A stretch of 13,073 nt of DNA from assembly GCA_029856125.1 (NCBI GenBank), contig JAHQWJ010000151.1, positions 1 to 13,073 of the forward strand. Direction: 5' to 3'. Positions 8,270-13,073 of this stretch are shown here, one piece after another. The DNA is from Promethearchaeia archaeon. GTDB lineage: Archaea > Asgardarchaeota > Lokiarchaeia > Sigyniarchaeales > SOKP01. The translations under genes were made by a program, and so were the position numbers. How positions within the stretch are numbered: the stretch's first letter is position 1; the number at the start of each line of letters is the position of its first letter. A model generated the notes under the pieces. The model did not search any database and was not told the origin of the DNA. It saw only the letters and a program-made list of their open reading frames with translations.

Positions 8270-10573
8270 ATGATTAACTTCTTGATTATGTACAATTTAA
8301 AGTTGGGATTAATAAAATCACTTCTTCACGTACGTAAGCACTTTAATTGCTATATGTTCGTCGTATCACTTATTTCTGTAGTATTTTTACTATTAAAGTT
8401 AATAGGGATTGATATTCTTCTTAATTTTGAGGGTAATTCATTATTTGGTTCATTTTTTGGTTTTTTCTGGATGATTTCTTCAATTTTCATCATTTTATTC
8501 TTACCATCATATCCTATTTTCTTTACAATCTATAAAAATATCAATTTTAATGCACTAGAAAAGATTTGTTTAACAATAGTTATCAATTTGAGTTTTTACA
8601 TTATTACAGGGTATTTTGGAAATGCGATAGGGTTTGCTCTAAATATACATTACTTCTTTTCACTATTACTTAGCTCCTATTTCGGTCTATTGTTCATAAA
8701 CGTGATTTTAAATAAGAAAAACACGATCGATAAGACTATATCTTCAAAATCTAAGGAAAATCAATCATTAGAAAACTATGAAGATTTCCAAGTTTTTGAA
8801 TATATCAAAAATAAACTCTCCTTAAACGGAATCCTGTTGATTATCTTTGCGGTTTTACTTATCACCGCATTACTTTTAAATGTAGAAATTTTTGGTGGGA
8901 CAGATCCCTGGTATCACATTTTAATTATTAGAATAATAGTAAATGCTAATTCTTTACCAATTAACGAATATTTCGGAGCAATGGGTTTTCATATAATTGG
9001 TGCTGTTTTTCATTTATTTTCAGGTATAGACTTATTACTGATCCCTAATAGCTTTGTACTATTTACTATTCCTTTAACATCGCTAATTGTATATAACATT
9101 ATAATGAGAGTATTTTCAAATAAATCTTTAGCGATATTTGGCATTTTCATCTTGTTAATCACTACGTTAGGTTTCATTAATTTAACATTTCAATATTGGC
9201 CCTCCAGTATAGTGTTTATTCAAGGATTAACTATTTTTTTTCTGTTATATGTTAGATTAAGAAATTTTATCAAAGTAAAGAGACCGTCTTGGAAAAAAAT
9301 CTTATCTGATTTACCGTTTACTTATTTATATATCTCTATAGTTTTTATTGCGCTATATCTTTCCCATTCTCTAATAGCACTACTATTTCTTATCTCATTT
9401 GCTTGGATATATCTTATTTACTTAGTTAGAGACTTAAAGCGAGGTTTTGATTTTATGCTATGCGTTATACTTCTCGTTGTTTTCCTAATTTTATTCGTAT
9501 CTAACATAAGTACGGGCCATTTAAGAGTATTTAACTCCGTTTTCACTTTACCTTGGGTTTACCTGTTATTTGGAGCAATTTTGATTACAATTATAGGAGG
9601 AATTCTAATCGTCTTCTTAAGAGCTCAAATCACATTTGAAAAAGGACGCTTTAATTTAATTTTAATGGGGAAAAAATTTAAAGTTTATACGACGATTGAG
9701 AAATATTTTATCCCCTTAGTTTTCGTAGTGACTATAATCTTTACTTTAGGATTTTTTATTGCTAACCTACTATGGTTGAACTTAAATTTAATAACCATTT
9801 TTGTGGGTTTCGAAGTCATAATCATAGCCATTTTTGCAATTTGGGGGCTGGTAGTATTCCAAAATAAAGCCAAAGGAAAACCGTTATTCTTATGGTTACT
9901 GTCCTTTGTCATTATAATTTTAATAGGTCTACTTTCTGACGTGCTTCGAGGCTCATTAAGTTTCATCTCAAGATTGTTTTACCTTGCCTCGCCCATTATC
10001 GCAATTGGGTTTCTTTCGTACGTGTATAAATTGATAAAAACAGGTAAGATAAAAAAATTACAAATTAAAGTTTTTTTTCTTTTCTTTGTGAGTTTTTCAG
10101 CTACAAGTTCATACATGGAGCTATTTTCCTCCTTAGATTTTTTCAGTATTAATAACAACGAATTAACCGCAGTGCAATGGTATTTGCAAAACTCTGATGA
10201 TCGAAATTTGTTAGTATTAGAATTTGGGTGGAATCCTGTCTTTCTCTATTATGATTATCCATACGAAGAGAAAAATAGTTCCCTTTCTATTACGACAACT
10301 CAGGACTTTATCACGTTCAATAATATCTTAATTGTACCTGATAATCATTTCTACGACAATGGAACAAATATTTTAAAGGAGTTGAAGGAAAACAGAAATA
10401 TGGAAGTATTCATCCTTTTAACTAAAAATTATTTAACAACAAGTGAAATGGAATTTTACGGGGAACTTACTGAAGAACAATACGAAAGCTATTATTCATT
10501 AAATTATTTAAACAGGATTTTCTCAGTTAAGAAAGAAAATGGTGAAAGTCTTCCGTATTATTGGGTTATTTAA
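8270..10573 (+). CDS. Large polytopic membrane protein, probable GT-C-fold glycosyltransferase (STT3/PMT-superfamily-like)
   Basis: 767 aa with well over a dozen hydrophobic segments. GTDPWYH (8897-8917) follows a TM helix. A soluble C-terminal domain starts ELTAVQWYLQNS and contains N-x-S/T sequons (NSS, NGT). It lies within the glycosylation cluster. Start could be 8270, 8288 or later. Confidence 0.7.
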   Translation: MINFLIMYNLKLGLIKSLLHVRKHFNCYMFVVSLISVVFLLLKLIGIDILLNFEGNSLFGSFFGFFWMISSIFIILFLPSYPIFFTIYKNINFNALEKICLTIVINLSFYIITGYFGNAIGFALNIHYFFSLLLSSYFGLLFINVILNKKNTIDKTISSKSKENQSLENYEDFQVFEYIKNKLSLNGILLIIFAVLLITALLLNVEIFGGTDPWYHILIIRIIVNANSLPINEYFGAMGFHIIGAVFHLFSGIDLLLIPNSFVLFTIPLTSLIVYNIIMRVFSNKSLAIFGIFILLITTLGFINLTFQYWPSSIVFIQGLTIFFLLYVRLRNFIKVKRPSWKKILSDLPFTYLYISIVFIALYLSHSLIALLFLISFAWIYLIYLVRDLKRGFDFMLCVILLVVFLILFVSNISTGHLRVFNSVFTLPWVYLLFGAILITIIGGILIVFLRAQITFEKGRFNLILMGKKFKVYTTIEKYFIPLVFVVTIIFTLGFFIANLLWLNLNLITIFVGFEVIIIAIFAIWGLVVFQNKAKGKPLFLWLLSFVIIILIGLLSDVLRGSLSFISRLFYLASPIIAIGFLSYVYKLIKTGKIKKLQIKVFFLFFVSFSATSSYMELFSSLDFFSINNNELTAVQWYLQNSDDRNLLVLEFGWNPVFLYYDYPYEEKNSSLSITTTQDFITFNNILIVPDNHFYDNGTNILKELKENRNMEVFILLTKNYLTTSEMEFYGELTEEQYESYYSLNYLNRIFSVKKENGESLPYYWVI

Positions 10574-11354
10574 GAATTTCGTATTCTTCAGGAAAAGCAC
10601 CTTCAAATTTATCTTTTAATACAATATTTTTATTTCCTTCAATTTTAAAAAACTTTGGTAATTTTCCTACTTGTCCAACTTTATTCTCTCGAGATATTAA
10701 GGCACCATAAACTCCTTCTATATCTTCTGCTGCATCTAACGCATTTTTTATGGATTTCTCAACATCAACCCCTTTAACTAAATTTGCTATTCTTGTAGCT
10801 GCTGCATCAGCTAAAGTTGCATCTCTGGCAAATATGGTGACTGCATCTGCTTGTCCTAAACTAATAGCATGCCCTATAGTTGCAGAACTCGTTCCAATTC
10901 CAAGTGGGCTGTTTTTTTTTTCAATCAAAAAACCAATATTTAAGTTTAACTCGTTGTATCCCGCAAATAAGGCGATTTTCATATCCTTTTCTGAGTCGAC
11001 TGCAATTTCTCCTCCATTTTCAACTAACGCAATCTTTGCAGATATATAATCGGGATCATCCTCCATTTTCATCCTATTTAACATAATATCAGCAAACGCA
11101 CCTGCTACAGCAGCCATGGGTCCAACGTCACATAATACTGAAGCGTTGCTCATTAAATTAATAATTTCAAATTCAGTGGTAATCTTTATCGGCGAAAAAG
11201 ACGTGAGAAACTTATTATTTTTTTTTAAGTATTTTTCTAAGATTTTCCGATTATCTACAAGACTTTTTTTTGCTTCTCTTATGGCAAATTTTGATTCAGA
11301 GATTATCGTAACATCTGATTCTTGTTCTAAAAAATGGTGTTTATATATTTTCAA
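10566..11354 (-). CDS. UPF0280 family protein (ApbE-like superfamily)
   Basis: VGPMAAVAGA, VENGGEIA and GIGTSSATIGHAISLGQADAVT...LADAAATRIAN match the family signature. TTG start. The 3' end overlaps the convergent membrane-protein gene by 8 nt. Confidence 0.92.
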   Translation of the reverse strand: MKIYKHHFLEQESDVTIISESKFAIREAKKSLVDNRKILEKYLKKNNKFLTSFSPIKITTEFEIINLMSNASVLCDVGPMAAVAGAFADIMLNRMKMEDDPDYISAKIALVENGGEIAVDSEKDMKIALFAGYNELNLNIGFLIEKKNSPLGIGTSSATIGHAISLGQADAVTIFARDATLADAAATRIANLVKGVDVEKSIKNALDAAEDIEGVYGALISRENKVGQVGKLPKFFKIEGNKNIVLKDKFEGAFPEEYEILK

Positions 11355-11414
11355 TATTATGATAAATTATATCCATTACCAGATCTTAAATCTTGAGATA
11401 ATGATTTAATTAAC

Positions 11415-11422
11415 TATAAATA
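11415..11422 (+). promoter_or_regulatory. Candidate archaeal TATA box for the roadblock/GTPase unit
   Basis: TATAAATA about 44 nt upstream of ATG 11466 in the divergent intergenic region. Weak because the background is very AT-rich. Confidence 0.3.
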
Positions 11423-11465
11423 AATTCGACTTTATTAATTATTCAGAAATTTTAAATATCAAATT

Positions 11466-11960
11466 ATGAAGCAAATTAACTACGATGAAATCATCTCACA
11501 ATTGAAAACAGAGCTAAATTCTGAATGTGCAATAGCAAATATATATGGAATTATATTAGCTTCAAACATAAAAGGAATTTTTAAAGGGAAAATCATCCCT
11601 CATAAAATTCTCTCACTTATCTCTAATTCTAAAGACATTGCGGATGAATTAAACCTTAATAAGATAAATTCCTTTGCATTAGAAGCTCAAGAGTATAATT
11701 ATTTGTTTACATTTAGTGAAAAATTAATTTTAATCTCCAAATTAAACTTAAATATGAATTTAGCTAAGTATATGCCCTCAATATCTGTGTTCTTGAAAAA
11801 GTTAAACGAGAAGTATAAGGAACAAGAAATTACTGATTTTTCATTATTTGATTTTTCAAAAGAAATTAAGAAAATTGAAGATACCTTCAAAGAAAAGAAA
11901 GGTAGCGATAAGAAATATTCAATTATTAAAGATTTGGTGAAATTCATAGCATCAGAATAA
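11466..11960 (+). CDS. Roadblock/LC7 (MglB-like) fold protein with a ~50-aa C-terminal charged helical extension
   Basis: Inferred alpha-beta-beta-alpha-beta-beta-beta-alpha pattern: YDEIISQLKTEL / CAIANIYGIILASN / ILSLISNSKDIADEL / INSFALEA / YNYLFTF / LILISKL / NLAKYMPSISVFLKKL. Lies directly upstream of a small-GTPase gene. Confidence 0.62.
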   Translation: MKQINYDEIISQLKTELNSECAIANIYGIILASNIKGIFKGKIIPHKILSLISNSKDIADELNLNKINSFALEAQEYNYLFTFSEKLILISKLNLNMNLAKYMPSISVFLKKLNEKYKEQEITDFSLFDFSKEIKKIEDTFKEKKGSDKKYSIIKDLVKFIASE

Positions 11961-11989
11961 GATAAGAAAAAAAAAAGACAATCAATTGT

Positions 11990-11995
11990 AGGTGA
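11990..11995 (+). promoter_or_regulatory. Shine-Dalgarno site (AGGTGA) of the GTPase gene
   Basis: AGGTGA 6 nt upstream of the ATA at 12002. The same AGGTG core precedes ATG 2885 at nearly the same spacing. Confidence 0.55.
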
Positions 11996-12001
11996 GAAAG
12001 T

Positions 12002-13073
12002 ATACTAAGACAAGTTTACATTTATAAAAGTGGTAAGCTACTCTATTATCGACATTTTGGAAAAGCACTTAAGAAAGCAGCTTTTGAATCATTAGTAAAT
12101 GATTTAATGCAAGATGCTTTCGCCAAAGGAGGTAAGAATGTAGAATATCACGATTATTATAAATATAGAATATCGTACATTACAGAAAAAGATTCAGAGT
12201 TAATGTTTTTATTTGTTACTGGGCTAACAGATAATTTTGAAAATATTAAAAAAGAATTAATAAAATGTAAAAAAGAATTTTTAAATTTATTTGAAGACAT
12301 CCTCCAACACAAGTTTGACGCTAAAACTTTCGAGATCTTTGACCCTACAATCGATTCAACTCATAGAAATTTAAGACCAAAGATATCATTAGTAGGATTT
12401 TCGGGTGTAGGGAAAACTACAATAACTCGTTTAATCAAAGCTGAAGAAATTCCTATGGAACACATTCCAACCATAACGGGGGACATCGCCACAATCAAAA
12501 TAGGAAAATTACACTTTCATTTATGGGATTTTGCCGGACAAGAACAGTTCAGCTATTTGTGGAATAATTTCATCAAAGGAAGCGATGCTGTTTTATTGAT
12601 AACAGATTCTACCTTAGAAAATATAGAAAAAAGTAAATTCTTCCTAGAACTCATAAAAGAGCAAGCTGCTCAAGCACATACATCTGTAATTGGCAATAAA
12701 CAAGATTTAGACGATGCTTTGAAACCAGAACAAATAGAAAAAATACTAGGATTAAAAACATATTCTATGGTAGCAAAGGATTCAGGAAATCGAGATAAAA
12801 TGATAACTATCATTGCTGATATACTTGAAATGAGCGCAGAAGTTTCACCTCTATTGAAACCATTGTTAGAGAGAGATATCTTAACAGAAAAAGCTGTTAA
12901 AGCTTTAGAAAATACAAGATTTGAGGAAGCTGCAATGTACTTTGAGAAAATAAGTGATCTTTGCATTGAATTAGGAGATGATTCTCTTGGGAAGGAATTT
13001 TATGAAAAATCACAAAAAATTAAAACCATGCTTCAAGCAGCTAGTATCCCTCAAACAGAACCAGTTCAAGAAC
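12002..13073 (+). CDS. Longin-like domain + Arf/Rab-like small GTPase + C-terminal helical (MIT/TPR-like) domain; 3'-partial
   Basis: Not in the ORF track because it runs off the window. Hand translation gives 357 open codons from 12002: ILRQVYIYKSGKLLYYRHFG...YRISYITEKDSELMFLFVTG... then G1 GFSGVGKT (12395-12418), G2 IPT (12464-12472), G3 WDFAGQ (12524-12541), G4 NKQD (12695-12706) and G5-like MVAK (12767-12778). First in-frame ATG is at 12107. Confidence 0.92.
   Translation, partial: MLRQVYIYKSGKLLYYRHFGKALKKAAFESLVNDLMQDAFAKGGKNVEYHDYYKYRISYITEKDSELMFLFVTGLTDNFENIKKELIKCKKEFLNLFEDILQHKFDAKTFEIFDPTIDSTHRNLRPKISLVGFSGVGKTTITRLIKAEEIPMEHIPTITGDIATIKIGKLHFHLWDFAGQEQFSYLWNNFIKGSDAVLLITDSTLENIEKSKFFLELIKEQAAQAHTSVIGNKQDLDDALKPEQIEKILGLKTYSMVAKDSGNRDKMITIIADILEMSAEVSPLLKPLLERDILTEKAVKALENTRFEEAAMYFEKISDLCIELGDDSLGKEFYEKSQKIKTMLQAASIPQTEPVQE

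Noticed and set aside
8270-10573. Calling the membrane protein aglB
   Set aside because: No WWDYG motif is present, so only a GT-C-like assignment is supportable.
9685-11409. ORFs 9685-9966 (-), 10750-11049, 10880-11086 and 11116-11409 (+)
   Set aside because: Antisense shadows of the membrane-protein and UPF0280 genes.
11961-12001. Selenocysteine readthrough of TGA 11993, or A10-run (11967-11976) slippage fusing roadblock to GTPase
   Set aside because: The GTPase frame has another stop at 11963 and no start codon between it and the TGA. The roadblock ORF ends with TAA at 11958-11960, before the A-run.
11699-12966. Minus-strand ORFs 11699-11947 and 12670-12966
   Set aside because: Antisense to the roadblock gene and to the GTPase ORF, which has a full set of G motifs on the + strand.
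1-13073. CRISPR arrays, tRNA/rRNA, IS elements or integrases
   Set aside because: No regularly spaced repeats, GC-rich structured RNA-like segments, transposase or recombinase ORFs were seen, and intergenic gaps are all under 300 nt.

Overview
AT-rich window most consistent with an archaeon, probably Asgard (Lokiarchaeia-like). This is inferred from a UPF0280 gene, AGGTG(A) ribosome-binding sites, a roadblock-fold gene and a longin-fused small GTPase. Bases 1-10573 form a surface-glycosylation cluster: a GT4 glycosyltransferase, an SDR-cupin fusion, an RmlD/QnlA-like reductase, a CapG/FnlC-type UDP-HexNAc 2-epimerase, two tandem DPM1-like GT2 paralogs, a UDP-glucuronate-4-epimerase-like SDR and a 767-aa polytopic GT-C-like membrane protein. 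Bases 10566-13073 carry a UPF0280 (ApbE-like) gene and, divergently, a two-gene unit. That unit is a roadblock/LC7-like protein followed by an ORF absent from the supplied track (12002 to beyond 13073, + strand). I translate it as longin-like domain + Arf/Rab-like small GTPase + MIT/TPR-like helical bundle, apparently starting at an ATA codon. No rRNA, tRNA, CRISPR array or mobile element was seen. All calls are from reading motifs by eye; no searches were run.
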